A DNA stretch of 64,000 nucleotides from Paraphysomonas bandaiensis (taxonomy: Eukaryota; Protista; Chrysophyceae). The notes beneath the pieces were generated by a model. That model made no database searches. It was not told the origin of the DNA and saw only the letters and a list, made by a program, of their open reading frames with translations. The stretch spans positions 186,001 to 250,000 of the forward strand of contig CBFFRP010000134.1 in the NCBI GenBank assembly GCA_965644295.1. Reading direction: 5' to 3'. The position numbers and the translations under genes were made by a program. Shown one piece after another: positions 14,246 through 27,273 of the stretch; the stretch's first letter is position 1, and every line of letters starts with the position of its first letter.

Positions 14246-14396
14246 CGTATCGGCATCCTTTGTATATTTTTGTTCAAAGATGCCTCTAATTTTGAGTCAA
14301 TAATTACCTGTATTCCAGCCGTAGTTGAATTGCAGTAATATAGAGTATTTGTGATTCAATTTATTCCCGAAAACTAAGATGCTGACTGCCGATACG
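14246..14396. mobile_element. ~150-bp MITE-like dispersed repeat, copy 1
   Basis: 10-bp terminal inverted repeat CGTATCGGCA...TGCCGATACG with ACAC on both flanks. A homologous copy lies at 60431-60581. Confidence 0.65.
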
Positions 14397-16090
14397 ACAC
14401 TATAGAATACACAAAAAAAAACACTTCTTCCTGCTCAAGATGGATGCGTATCCTCAACAGATTCGTTTTCAGTTTAATAGAGTGCATATCTTTTCTCATA
14501 GTGTATCTATATTGCAGAGCTCGGCGCCGATCAACACACGATTGAAGGTTCTTTTGGTGACCTAGTGCAGAGAATGACACATTGGAGTATTGCGCAGAGT
14601 CTGGTGCCGATCAAAACATGATTGAGTGTTTTGTTGATGGCTCAGTGCCGAAAAGGACACAGTTTGGAGAATTGCGCCATATCTTAATTATAGCATAGAC
14701 ATCAGCATCAGAGTGATAGTAGTAGAGCCACCTGTCTAGTCAAAGCATATTGGGGGAAAACAATGACAATGATGTTTTGTAGAGTGATTTATTCGGAGTG
14801 TGATGAAGTCGTAAGATTTAACTCCCAGAGTATTAAGATATATGTATGTATATGTATAATTGGAGGCATTGAGAGGAAAGTATGCTTTAAAGATAACAGA
14901 ATATCATGAGGATTTATATGAAGCATCTGCTCTATGACACAATATGTCATACGCAGCTTGAGGAGCTCATACAGGAGTATGGACTCGAGGTGTCGCTGAT
15001 GGAGATCAGAATAATACGCTGTGTCGTATGTAACTGTTACAATCAGTATATTGTTTTATACAAAAGCTACTGCTTATAAATCATATATATGGTTTATGCC
15101 ATCATCGAACAACTAAAACGGATGCAGCTTTGGCTACATAATCGTTGTATTTCTGGAATACTACTCCCTGTCTATCATTCGGGCACTATAGGCAGGCCTA
15201 TGACACAGAGTATGATTCAATTTGGACAATTGCTGCGGTTTTAATATCTAATAGTTGTGCCCATAGTCAGTGCGACCTAGGGGGAGATTGTGCATTGGGA
15301 TGTTTGTGTTTATACCATCCCCGTAGAACAGTATATGATCTTGGCTGTCATGGCGTTCAAAGTTGACTTGACAGTATAAGACCTCTGCACTGCTGCATAC
15401 AGCATCCTTGTCGTATTCAGCGTTTGTGGACAACTAGCTACATATTGGTAGCAGCTTACTATGTAGGTTATGTACGCCCAGTCTAAGTTGTTGGTAGATT
15501 TGAGCGTATGACGGTGGATACTGTAGTGGAGGGAAATGTGCCGAAGATCCGGTACAAGTATAGTCTATGACAGTAAAGACAAAGAGCAGTATAGATCGTG
15601 TATTACAAATATCCAATGATCATAAAAAATTAATAATGATGCGCTTTCATATCAACGTATGGCTAGTTATTGCCTTGCAACATTGCCAAATCATTTATAC
15701 AGAGAAAGCAGTACTTGTAATAACAGTTATAATGTTGTTTGACTGTACCCTTCCAGCTATAGCATATGTCATTTGTAAGTATTAGCAATTCTAAGTAGTG
15801 TTCGTGGGCTACTTTAAGACGTATGGTTTGCTTTCACAGCGGAGAATAAAGACTCAGGCAAGCATTGCATGGCACCAACTTTCAAGTAACCAATTATATT
15901 ATTTAAATAAATTATAAAAGGGTTGTGCTATTCAGTGAGAACACAACCACTACAATCGTGTAAAATTCTTTTAAAAAGCCTTCCAGCCACGGCGAAAAGT
16001 TAAAATATCTCAAATAAAATATGTACATATGTTTTCACCATAGAGTCTGGCATCTTGAATGTCAGTATGGTTCATGTACAATGTATTGAT

Positions 16091-16423
16091 TTACGCCATA
16101 GACTCTGGTGTGATGTTGATATCAGTGGGATCTTCTGGACCAGTAGGATCAATGACGCCCATTCCAACATGCAAGTTATGGTGGTTTGAATTCTCGTTAC
16201 TTTCCTTCTCATTGTTTCCATCTTTACCAGTGTCTTTGTTTCCATCTTTATTTGAGTTCCATGGCAAAGTCTCTGCAGCCTCTTGAGCTTTCTCCTTCAT
16301 GTTGTGGACCTTCTCCTCCTCTTTCTTGTCCTCTTTAATCTTATCTAAGTTTGCAGAGTACTCTTCAGGTACATGGGTTACAGCTTCTTTTGCTGCTTTA
16401 ATACGATCAGATACAGTTGCCAT
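16091..16423 (-). CDS. Small hydrophilic, charged protein of unknown function (LEA/stress-protein-like composition)
   Basis: 110-aa ATG-initiated ORF rich in K/E/N/D. Confidence 0.6.
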   Translation of the reverse strand: MATVSDRIKAAKEAVTHVPEEYSANLDKIKEDKKEEEKVHNMKEKAQEAAETLPWNSNKDGNKDTGKDGNNEKESNENSNHHNLHVGMGVIDPTGPEDPTDINITPESMA

Positions 16424-17084
16424 AATGTTGATAAACTTCTGAGTTGTTCTTTAATCTCTTCTAGTTATTTCAAGCTTGTGGATCATATACATCTGAGTAT
16501 GTGTGTGATTATCTGGCTGATCAGTGTGTGATGTAGACATACATACATGTACTATTCCAATGTGACGTGGCATCATTCCAATGATATCAATTAAATTCTA
16601 GGAAAGATATTTGATGGTAGTAAGTTGAAGGTTTCTATATAGAAGAATGTTCTATGATGGTTCTTACTTGGAAAGAATAGTATGAAGAATAGCTAATGGA
16701 AATATACATTGGAATACAGAGTAGGACATCAAGGCTCCTCTGCTACTGCTGTACACTACCTTTATACAGTGTATTTTGGATATACGATTTCTGTATACAA
16801 TATCTCAGTATCTTCATACGATATTCTGCCGATGATATCTGCGTATGGTATCTACAGGCTGAGAGAGGGAAGTGTACATACACGGTGGTACAGAGAGGGA
16901 AGTGTACATACAGAGTATCTTTCCTACGCAGAACTCATAGCTAGAAGATCAGTCCGCAGTGACTACCTCATGAGTCCTTTACACTTCATGGATATGCGAT
17001 ATGATGAAGTCTGAAGTCACATCCCGCTATGAATATCAGCGTTATCATCTATAGATAAGCGCCTCAGTATACATACATACACAC

Positions 17085-17115
<31 letters not shown>

Positions 17116-17170
17116 TACATACACACATACATCTCTCGCTATATACACACACACATACAGCTGGTAGTAA

Positions 17171-18396
17171 ATGTCACTTAAAGTTACTGTCACTGGTGCT
17201 TCTGGAAGGATTGCTTATAGCTTACTTCCCTTACTATGTAACGGTAACGCACTCCTATCATCTCTACATGATATCACACATACATACATACATACATGCA
17301 GGTGACGCCTTTGGACGAGAGACATCTCTAGATCTCAGGCTATTAGATCTTCCAGACTGTCAAAAGAGTCTTGAAGGTGTTAAATTAGAGATATATGACT
17401 CAGCATATCCTCTAGTTACACGTGTGTTCACTACAACTCATGCTGATCTTGCATTCGATCGGACTGATGTAGCCATACTACTTGGTGGATTTCCAAGAAA
17501 ACCTGGAATGGAAAGGAAGGATTTAATTTCTCAAAATGCAGCTATCATGATTGATCATGTAGGAGTTTTCTGGACATGTCACTGACGTTATTGACTGTTT
17601 TGTAGGGTGCATCGATTGAAAAACATGCAAGTAGAGATGTAAAAGTGCTTGTGATTGCTAACCCGGCAAATACGAACTGCTTGTTAGCATCACAGGCCGC
17701 TCCATCTATTCCTACACGAAATTTTACATGTCTAACAAGACTAGACCACGACAGGTTGAGGGGAATGATTGCTAAAAAATTAAATGAATTAGGACCATTG
17801 GTTGACTACAATACGAAAGATGTTCGTGGTGTTGCCGTCTTCGGAAATCACAGTACAACGCAGGTGGCATATCTGGACTCCGCAGAGGCAAGTGATGTTT
17901 ACGGATAGCCAACATGTTACAGTGTCCAATATATGACCATACAACGTATTACAGACTTTGATTGCGAATAACGAATATGTTGTAGGTATGCGTAGAGGGA
18001 TCCTGGGTTCCGGTAAAGACAGTACTTGGTCGGGAGTGGCTAGAAAACACCCTCCCAGAGCAACTGCAGCAGCGTGGGGCTGAAATTATTTCTCATCTTC
18101 AGGCTAGTAGCGCTATGAGTGCAGCTCGTGCTATCGTGAGACACTTAAGTGATTGGATAGGACATGGCGCCGGGGAAGATCATGTGTTTTCTATGGGGGT
18201 AAGAAGTGATGGGAATTCATATGGAGTCCCAGATGGCCTTGTATGTTCCTTTCCATGCACCCGTGCATTTGATGCCCCCCCAGGTGAATATACCATAGTC
18301 AATACATGGGTTCTCTCTCAACCATTACGAGCGGCTCTTCACCGATCAGTTGAAGAGCTTGAAATGGAGAAGGAAACTGCATTTAAAAGCTTGTAA
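17171..18396 (+). CDS. MDH1: Cytosolic-type NAD malate dehydrogenase, multi-exon
   Basis: MSLKVTVTGASGRIAYSLL Rossmann motif, GGFPRKPGMERKDL substrate loop, VIANPANTN, LTRLDHDR, FGNHSTTQ and QQRGAEII. Confidence 0.93.
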
Positions 18397-18653
18397 TAAT
18401 GCCGGCGAAGTGTATTTTAATAAATTGTATCCTTAGATACATAAATTAGATGACCTAACTTTTGTGTAATAATGTGGATTATTTGATAATCGGAATATAA
18501 CGTAGAGATGTTACAATAATAGGAGTTAATTTTACGGTTGCACCAGTAAAGAGTAAAGTACCATTGGAAGTTACAGTACACATTACTATTTCTAGATATA
18601 GTTCAGAATACGGAAGAGTATATATAACGTTTTCCAATACCTACCTAAAAGTT

Positions 18654-19864
18654 ACAGTGGGGCACTACTCCCGCGCAAACTGGCGCAAGCAGGTGGTGGT
18701 CCAACAAAGGAAAAAGATAGCTCCCACCTACACCAACGAGTGCTCAATGCAGCAGTGACATGGGACAAATCCTTCAGCATAGGTCGAAACCGGGCTAAAA
18801 CTAAACACGGACTAGACCTGACCAAAGCCGTCTGTTCTGACTGCGGATTTAGATTGTTGGACTCCCTCAAGCACATGTGCCTAGACTGCACATATGACGC
18901 CATCACTCAAATAAGGGAGGAATCGGCATTTCACAACCACAAAAACGCGCTTCAAGAGGTACTGAAAAAATTCGGTTTTACCCCATTGGACCACCAAAAT
19001 GTGCTAAAGAGACTCTCCAACCGGGCCTGGAACCCTTCCGTGCCACAGGTGGAAAGATTCTGGACAGGTACCATCACCACTGCACAACTAGAGACGATTT
19101 TTGGAGGTCACATCCATCAGCCCTTGACAACCCAAGGTCTGCGCAATCTCAAAACAGCGGTCATCAGCTTGCTTCAACCGCTTTTCGACGCCGCTAAATT
19201 AATGATTCAGGACCGAAGTCGACGATACATTACCTCACACAAAGGACCCCCTAGGTTACTCCCGCGACCGCGCCCGCAACACAAACGGAAATGGAAACGC
19301 CCAAGGGTGCTACGATTACTAGGAGTCCAAAGACGACCAGAGACGGGACTACCATCCACTGCAACCACATGCACCACCTCTCATGCACGCAGGAATAAAG
19401 CACCGGACTGCTAGAAAACATCTGGTCCTCGACAAAGACGCCGTCTCCGGCACCTATGCCTGATGCCCAAGCGATGCAAGGAAACAACGACACCCTCCAC
19501 CACTCCACTCCCCTCACAGAACACCCATCTAGTACTTGGTACACTTCGGACATTAATGCAAAACCCTGTACCACAGAGCCTGGTAGAACCGTATCCTAAG
19601 GGAACACCCCCAGACATCACGCGCCAGTGAGTCAAAGTCGCACAAGCAGGGCGAAACTCACAAACAAAATTTAGAACGGAAGTGGTTGCACCTTGGTGCT
19701 TGCGGCGACGCACAAGCAGCTTCTGTAGCGTTAAATAGTAGGATAATGGAATTTGTATGGATTAGTTATGGGTAGAGGTCTAACTAGCATGACTAGCATT
19801 CAACTAACCACTATATTGGTACAGGTTTCTAACGCCTACTGCTAAATAAAAAGACGTTTAATAA
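18654..19864 (+). mobile_element. 5'-truncated non-LTR retrotransposon (LINE ORF2 C-terminus plus structured 3' UTR), copy 1
   Basis: 12-bp TSD TACCTAAAAGTT at 18642-18653 and 19865-19876. The frame contains a CCHC knuckle (CSDCGFRLLDSLKHMCLDC), has one premature stop at 19412 and ends ...KGTPPDITRQ* at 19630. The 3' end is homologous to 30090-30433. Confidence 0.85.
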
Positions 19865-20220
19865 TACCTAAAAGTTTGTATATTCCAATATTATCTTTGT
19901 GCAAGTAACAAATGTCCCTTATTCATCACTCCTTTAGATATTATTCTTCGTGAACTTATGCAATATGCAATACAAGACTATTCGTTCCATGTTTTAATGC
20001 AAAATAAAGCACCGTTTTATTACTCATTGTGAATTTTAACAATTATCGCCAGTACCAGCGTGAAGCCGATATGCCTTTTACCTACAATATCTACATAAGT
20101 CAAATAAGGGCATTCTACGCTAAACACTAACTCTAAAATATCCAAAGAACCGTCGCTCATAGTAACGAAATAGTAACACTACAGCACCATTGATACATTG
20201 TACCAACAATGAATCCATTC

Positions 20221-22072
20221 TCATTTATTGTCTAAGCCCATGTTTTTCATGGAGTTTATAATATCCTGATGGGACATAGGTGGCTCTTCATTTTCGTCAT
20301 CTGAAATATGACTACTAGCTAAGGTACTGACACTCACAGGGTGGGGAGTCACAGCTGCAATTCCGCTGGAAAGGCTGGGTACATTAGCCGATCGCCTCGC
20401 ATGTGGTGTCGGAGGCAGTACTCCGGTGTTAGTCAAAGAAGTTCGTCGAGGCAGCACTTCCTCCGGGCGCCCACCACCGAAGGAGCTCTCAAAAAATTGC
20501 TGAGATGTTCGCCGGGTTGGACTACGTCCGTTACTTCCATTTTGTGAACTACTTGGACTCGTTGCTGGACCTGGAACTCGAGGTGACGTATTCAAAGATG
20601 AAGATCCTGGAATCACACGACCTGCAACAATGGTAGGTCGGGTCCCACGAGCACTGTTGACAGATAAACGTCCGGAACGCCCATTGAAGGACGACCGCAG
20701 ACTTGAGCGGGGAGTGATATGTGCGCTGCTACTTCGGACAGAGTTCGTCCCACTAGTGTTGGCAAACGATTGACGAAAGTATGTACGGCGACGATTCAAA
20801 AGTAATGGCGTGGACGGGACGTTTCCGTGCCATGCTGTCACTGGAGGCGTACCGCTCAAAACTTTCTCAGCAATACCCATTGCATTTTCTAATTTCCTTA
20901 TTCCATCGGGCCCCACATAATTACCACCTAAGCTGTTGACATTCATACCAAATTTACCACAGTGTCTTACAAAGCATTAGGTCCACTTACTTTAGTGTTT
21001 GCAGTGTGCGATTGGACTCAAGAGCTGTAGCGATGGCAATAGCCCCCCTTGTCCCAATGCACTGCCAATATAAACTACAACAGATATTAGCCAACGTTCT
21101 GGTTCGATATATACATATTCGCAAAATGTGCACGCACTTTAATGTCATAATGCCGCGGTTCAACATAAGCATGTCTGCAATTTTTATCGCGCCTTCGTCT
21201 CCTATACATTCTTGCGAAGCGTGGGATCGTGACAGATCCAATTCGCGAAGTGTGTCATTTAACAACAAATCCCCTACAATACACCCTGTCCCTACAGCAC
21301 TAATATTGTTAGTGCCAAGATTCAGCTTTGTCAGTACAAGATTTTCCTTGAGACCTCTACCTATATGGACAGCGCCTTCATCCCGAAGTTCGTTGCAAGA
21401 GATGTCCAGACAAGTAACGGATTTGCTCAATTCAATTAACATCCTCAGATGTTTCGCAGACTCGCCTTGAATTCGACAATTTGCAAGATTAGCTGTACGA
21501 ATTTGAGCTCCACATATTCCAGTACATATACTTTCTACAGCCTTATCTTCAGATAAATCATTTCCATTAAGACTTATATATGATAAGGATGATATTTGAG
21601 GGAGCATATTGGCGATCATAATGATACCATCACGTGATATTGAATTCGATTCAAGTGTTAATTTAGATACAGATTTACACTCTACGAGACAGGCCATTAG
21701 ACGTGATATTCCGGTATCACCTAATCCAATCCCATCCAGAGATAATGCTTTCAATCTCACATTTTTCGTTAGTATAGCTCCAATACCTGCAAGACCAGCA
21801 CTACCCAATCTATTATAACTTAAATTTAATTTAAAATCTCCGGTTAATGTGGCTAATGCATCATATAAATATGTACATTTTTGTCCATCAATTTTACATA
21901 AATTGAAATTATATTCTTTCTTTATCTCAGAAAGTGAATGATTTTTTATACATTCACATAAACGAAAAAACACTTCAGGAGGATTGAGGTTAACGCCTGT
22001 GAGGTCGACAATAGTATTTGATTCCATAAATACTTTAACTATTTTATCGCCAGTTGCATTTGGACGTGACAT
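20221..22072 (-). CDS. RNI-like leucine-rich repeat protein (NLRC3/RanGAP-type LRRs) with a Ser/Arg-rich C-terminus
   Basis: Repeats such as LNLSYNRLGSAG, LDISCNELRDEGA and LNLGTNNISAVG. Two short introns near 21070-21137 and 20950-20990. Confidence 0.85.
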
Positions 22073-22763
22073 GATATTCTCCAGTTGCAATTTGCAAGAG
22101 ATGAGAAGGGATCAAATTGATTGCAAGTGAGATAATAAACTACAATTGATTAGTCTTATGATCACATATTCAGTGTTATTCTCTGTTAATCACAAGGATG
22201 ATATATACTGTAGGCGTTAAGAGGGTTGCTAGCTAGAAGATGAGATGCATATGCATGCATATATGTATGTGTCTGTGTTGCAACGATGGCATCTTATCGG
22301 ACCGTTTTGCGTGATCCAACGGCCCATTTCTCCCAATAGACTACTGTATAATACAGCAGGAATACACTTGTAGTATTATACAGCAGGTCAGTACAGTAAC
22401 TATTGGGATAAACCGATCCCATACATTTCCAGTGTAGTACCTTGTACAGCAGTACTTCTACACAGCGCAGCATAAAAACAGGGGTTTTATACAGAAAATC
22501 CCCTTATCAAACCTAAAAATTTGTCCACTATAACGAGAGTACAGCAGTACACTACAGTATAGTGCAGTCTGTAATTTGAAATTTGAGTGTATACCACTAT
22601 GTACATGTACATGTACATACACATACATCCATGTAGCATACATACATACATGTACATGTCCATATATAGATATATATACATACCAGTCAACAGCAATCAG
22701 TGTATGTATATATAACAACAAAATTCTATTATAAAAAACATTTTAAAAACTATTTTCAATTAA

Positions 22764-25251
22764 ATGACAGATTCATGGGATGGTGAAAGGGCACCTCATG
22801 TCCTTGAAAGGCATGATAATAGTTGGGATCGTACAGCCACACTCTCTAATGATTCCTTCAATATATCTGGAGCTAAAGCTCGTCATATATTTCGTGAATT
22901 CTTTAGAAATTATCGTTTAGGGAATATATATCATTATAGAGAAGCATTAGTACGTAACTGGAATCAAGGATTATATTTTATTGAAGTGGATTTATTGCAT
23001 ATTACTGAATATGATGTCATACTATTAAATTGTTTACAGGTTTGGTCTTATGATGATATTAAAACTTATTATTAATTGGATTTATAATATAGACTCGTCC
23101 AGATGAAATGCTTCCGTTTTTTGAATTGGCTGCAAAGGATGCACTACAAATGTCAGTACGAGAAGCCACAGCAATTAGTGGGAACCAATCAAATATTCCT
23201 GATTTTCAAGTCATTTTAAAAAGTGATCAGCTTCCCCAATCACTCCGAAACTTAACCGCAGAGCATGTTAACACTTTGATCAAGGTATTTCTCTTCACGA
23301 TTTAACATAGATTTATATGTTTTACATGTATATACTAACACAATGCGTCAGGTGCCTGGTATTGTCATCAGCTGCTCCCGTATTCGAGCGAAGGCAACCC
23401 TTATTACTATTCAGTGCACCAATTGTTTTCGTGTAGAGGTATTGTGTTGTACATAGAATATATCCTCATCTGACGCTTTTTGCTGTTGGGTATAGCGAAT
23501 TTCATCCAAGAGTGCCATGCAAGGAGCCGAGATACCCTCCAAATGTGGTGGGGAAGGTTGCCAGCCGGGATCCTTTGTAGTAGTGGCTGATAACTGTGAA
23601 TACATCGATCAACAAACCCTAAAGCTTCAGGAGAGTCCAGAGGTGGTACCTACAGGAGAGATGCCTCGAAATATTATGTTAACTGTTGATAGGTAATAAG
23701 TACAAGAGAATTTTGCTAGTATCCTATTGCATTTTACTATGCAGGTGTTTTTGTATCCTTATAATATCTGTACATGCACTCACATACTCAGTTTGTTGTC
23801 TCATCATGCACAACAGATATCTAGTGGACCGTGTGGCTCCAGGAACCCGTGTCAGTGTGATGGGTATCTCCTCGCTCATGCAGAACGCAACCCGCGAAAA
23901 GCTCAAGTCTACCTCGGTCCGAACTCCTTACCTTCGGGTTGTTGGAATTCAAGTAGACACGGCTGGTGGGGGACGGTCTACCTCATCTTTCAGCCCGCAG
24001 GAAGAGGAGGAAATGCAACAATTAGCCAGGGATCCTGATATATATGGTAAACTCGAGCGCTCTATTGCTCCTCAAATATCTGGAGATTATACCAAAGATA
24101 TTAAAAAAGCTATTGCATGTTTGCTCATGAGTGGGTCGCGTAAAGTTCTTGCGGATGGTGTCAGACTTAGAGGGGATGTCAACGTACTACTCATGGGAGA
24201 TCCGTCAACCGCGAAAAGTCAATTTTTGAAGTTTGTGGAACGTGTTGCACCAGTGGGGGTGTATACATCAGGCAAAGGGAGTAGTGCTGCGGGTCTGACT
24301 GCATCTGTAGTTAAGGACTCAAGGGGTGAGTTTTTCCTAGAAGGTGGAGCTATGGTCCTAGCAGATGGCGGGGTCATCTGCATTGATGAGTTCGACAAAA
24401 TGAGAGAAACTGACCGAGTGGCGATACACGAGGCTATGGAACAACAGACAATATCTGTTGCTAAGGCTGGTATAACAACAGTCCTGAATTGCCGTGCGTC
24501 TGTCCTTGCAGCAGCTAATCCTATATTCGGTCGGTATGATGACTTGAAGAGTGTTGGGGAAAATATTGATTTGATGTCCACGATATTGTCTCGTTTCGAC
24601 TGTATATTCATTGTCCGAGATGTACGCGATGCGGAGAGGGATCGGGGAATAGCTCGGCATGTTCTGAACGTGCATCTGAGTTCTGCAATCGTAGATGCAA
24701 CACCCGAAGTTGATATCGAAGCTCATAAGCTAAAGCGTTATGTGGCGTACTGCCGGGAGCGTTGTGCACCGAGGCTTAGTGATGAAGCTGCGGCCATGCT
24801 GAGCAGTCAGTATGTTCACGTGCGTAATCAGGTTCGCTTAGCACTGCAAGACTCTCCGGGCGAGTCAATGGTAGTTCCCATTACCATTCGTCAATTAGAA
24901 GCAATGGTGAGACTCGCGGAAGCTCTGGCGAAAATGAGACTTAGTGCTGAGGCAGGCGTGTCTGATGTCGAGGAGGCGATACGCTTGTTTAAGGTATCCA
25001 CTCTAGCGGCTAGTGAGGCCAATCCAGCTCTCCTTGGACATGGTAGCGCCACCGCTGAGATACAGAGAGCAGAGGAGTTTCTGAGAAGAAGGTGTGGTGT
25101 ACGTATGACAGTTAACTCGCGAAAGATTATCGAAGAGTCTTATGTACAAGGACATTCAGATGATGCTATTAAACGCGCTATATCTGCTATGGTAATGCGC
25201 GGGGAGTTACAGGAACTTAATCAGCGAAAACTGTTAAAACGACTTAAATAG
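22764..25251 (+). CDS. MCM5: DNA replication licensing factor MCM5, multi-exon
   Basis: DQQTLKLQESPEVVPTGEMPR, RGDVNVLLMGDPSTAKSQFLKF, TSGKGSSAAGLTASV, IDEFDKM, ILSRFD and ITIRQLEA. Confidence 0.95.
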
Positions 25252-25600
25252 TTCAAATTTGAAGTATTGTTGCGTAGGACATGATAATCCTTGTGTAGTT
25301 GTACTTCTATTTATTTTTTTGTTTACAAAACACCCGATAATAAATACTTTCTTTGTGTGTTTATGTATTTTTTAACTTATTATGGCTAATGCATCTTGAC
25401 TGTACTGTTCATCAGGATGCACTGTGTAACAATTAATTGAGGGCCCGTAAAGTGATACGCAGACCTTCAGCAAGTGGGTAATAGCCAAAACGATGTATAA
25501 GGTGAATGTTATAACTATCTTATACCGACACCGCTTGGCTTGCATATGGGGATTCCATCACCAGCCAGGTGATGCGATATATTGTCTACATTGTCTGTAG

Positions 25601-26400
25601 CAGGGATAGGGAACAATATATTGTATTGCAATACATTGTACAATATATTGCAATATATTGTAAAGTATATTGATTGGTGGACTAGTCAAATATTCCATCA
25701 ATAGTGTTTCTGTTAAAAGAGCTCACAATACTATTGCAATATATTGCAATCAATATTATGTAGTCATATAAGAAAAGATTCTCAACTGTAGGGTGCAAAA
25801 TGGATATAAATAACCGAGAAATTGATTACAACATTACAAAGGATAATGAAGCTGATGTTGACTATGCGACTAAAAACCTTCAGTCAGCTCAAAAAATTAA
25901 GAAACGTAGAGATCCACGAGTCATTAACGGTTGCCTGGCCCTGGTATGTACTTCCAATACATGGGAACGTCTGTTCAGCACAGCTAAACATATTATATCA
26001 GTGTTGCGCAAAAGTATCCATCCTACTTAATATGCTGTTGTTTCTGAAAGCTATTCGACAGTTATGGCCGGATACTAGCATATATTTCAATTTATTCTGT
26101 GGATGAATATGGTGATGTTGACGTCACCGACGATGACTCAGAGGATGAGGACGAGGTGAATTTTTAGTAGCTATAAGCAGCAGTTGTATTGGTTGTCATG
26201 TGATCTTAATGACTAATACTAAAAATGAAATCTACGGATGTGTTTACCTACTGATTAGTCATACTAATATATTGCAATACATTGACAATATATTGCAATA
26301 TATTGTAATTGTATTGTAGGACCGGTTTAAAAAATCCATCAATACTATTGATGGAACGCTATCTAACAATAGTATTGCAATATATTGTTCCCTATCCCTG
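25601..26400 (+). mobile_element. Non-autonomous hAT element, family A, copy 1 (800 bp)
   Basis: TIR CAGGGATAGGGAACAATATATTG...CAATATATTGTTCCCTATCCCTG and 8-bp TSD GTCTGTAG. Remnant of the hAT C-terminal dimerisation motif (TSNTWERLFSTAK...LFLKA). Confidence 0.93.
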
Positions 26401-26545
26401 GTCTGTAGAACACGGAAACATTGCTTACGACTAAATATTACTGGTCTGTAGTATTGATGTGTTGACCAATTATATGTAAACGATTAGATTGATAACGTAC
26501 TATTACTTTAATTAATATATTTACAATCCTTGAATAATATACATA

Positions 26546-27271
26546 CTATACGATTGCTGTTGCACATAATCCACTGTCTCCTTCTATACTTTCTTCAACG
26601 GGAAATGTGCAGTCAGCTATATGCTTCGTGGCATTGACGCTATATGATTGTGCACACAGAAGAAATAAGTCATCTACAGATTGTCGCCAGAGTTCCTTAA
26701 ACTCGTTATACTTCTCTTTTGTCTTTGCAGGACCTTTCTTTATTTTCTCTGCTTGCATGCCCGCCTCTTTATCAGCACCTCTATATAACACCCGTAGTAA
26801 CTCACATGACCTATACTTCCGTTTCTTTCCCCATTTATTCTGAGCATTAATACATTTGATCATATCTTCTCCAATTGAAGTCATATGACTGTTATTATCT
26901 GTATGAGATTCTCTTATTGTGGAAGATGTGAATCTCTCTAATCGTTTTTTCAGTTCATTATTTTCAGTTAATAAATTTATATTTTCAGTTTTTAATTCTT
27001 TGATTGTATTACGTTTCCGTTGAATTGTTCTTTGAGCATTTTTAAGTCTTATTTTTTCAGGTATTTCTGATTTTGGTCTACCAGGTGGACGTTTTGGTTT
27101 CTTAGCTCGTGTTTGCTTACTAGAACTGACAGTATCTGAGATCACACTGCTGGATGATGCGTTGTCTAACTCCTCAGTATAGTCAGGAGGATGGAGAGTC
27201 ATAGATATTAACAAAGAATGAATTTGATATGGATTGAGAATAGAGCAAGTTAAGATGCAGAAGTTATACAT
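26546..27271 (-). CDS. Putative DNA-binding protein with an AT-hook (RPPGRPK) followed by a basic/coiled-coil segment; boundaries uncertain
   Basis: 241-aa ORF containing KRPPGRPKSE...RKRNTIKELKTENINLLTENNELKKRLE. It may be TE-derived or a partial gene. Confidence 0.5.
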   Translation of the reverse strand: MYNFCILTCSILNPYQIHSLLISMTLHPPDYTEELDNASSSSVISDTVSSSKQTRAKKPKRPPGRPKSEIPEKIRLKNAQRTIQRKRNTIKELKTENINLLTENNELKKRLERFTSSTIRESHTDNNSHMTSIGEDMIKCINAQNKWGKKRKYRSCELLRVLYRGADKEAGMQAEKIKKGPAKTKEKYNEFKELWRQSVDDLFLLCAQSYSVNATKHIADCTFPVEESIEGDSGLCATAIV

Positions 27272-27273
27272 GC

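Noticed and set aside
14500-15800. Degenerate ~80-bp duplication and short broken ORFs
   Set aside because: No identifiable product. Probably decayed sequence.
19620-19860. Pistol or hammerhead ribozyme in the LINE 3' UTR (CGTTAAATAG; GTGAGTC...GCGAAAC)
   Set aside because: Only partial motif resemblance. The hammerhead CUGANGA core and the pistol downstream GCGU/P3 elements are missing.
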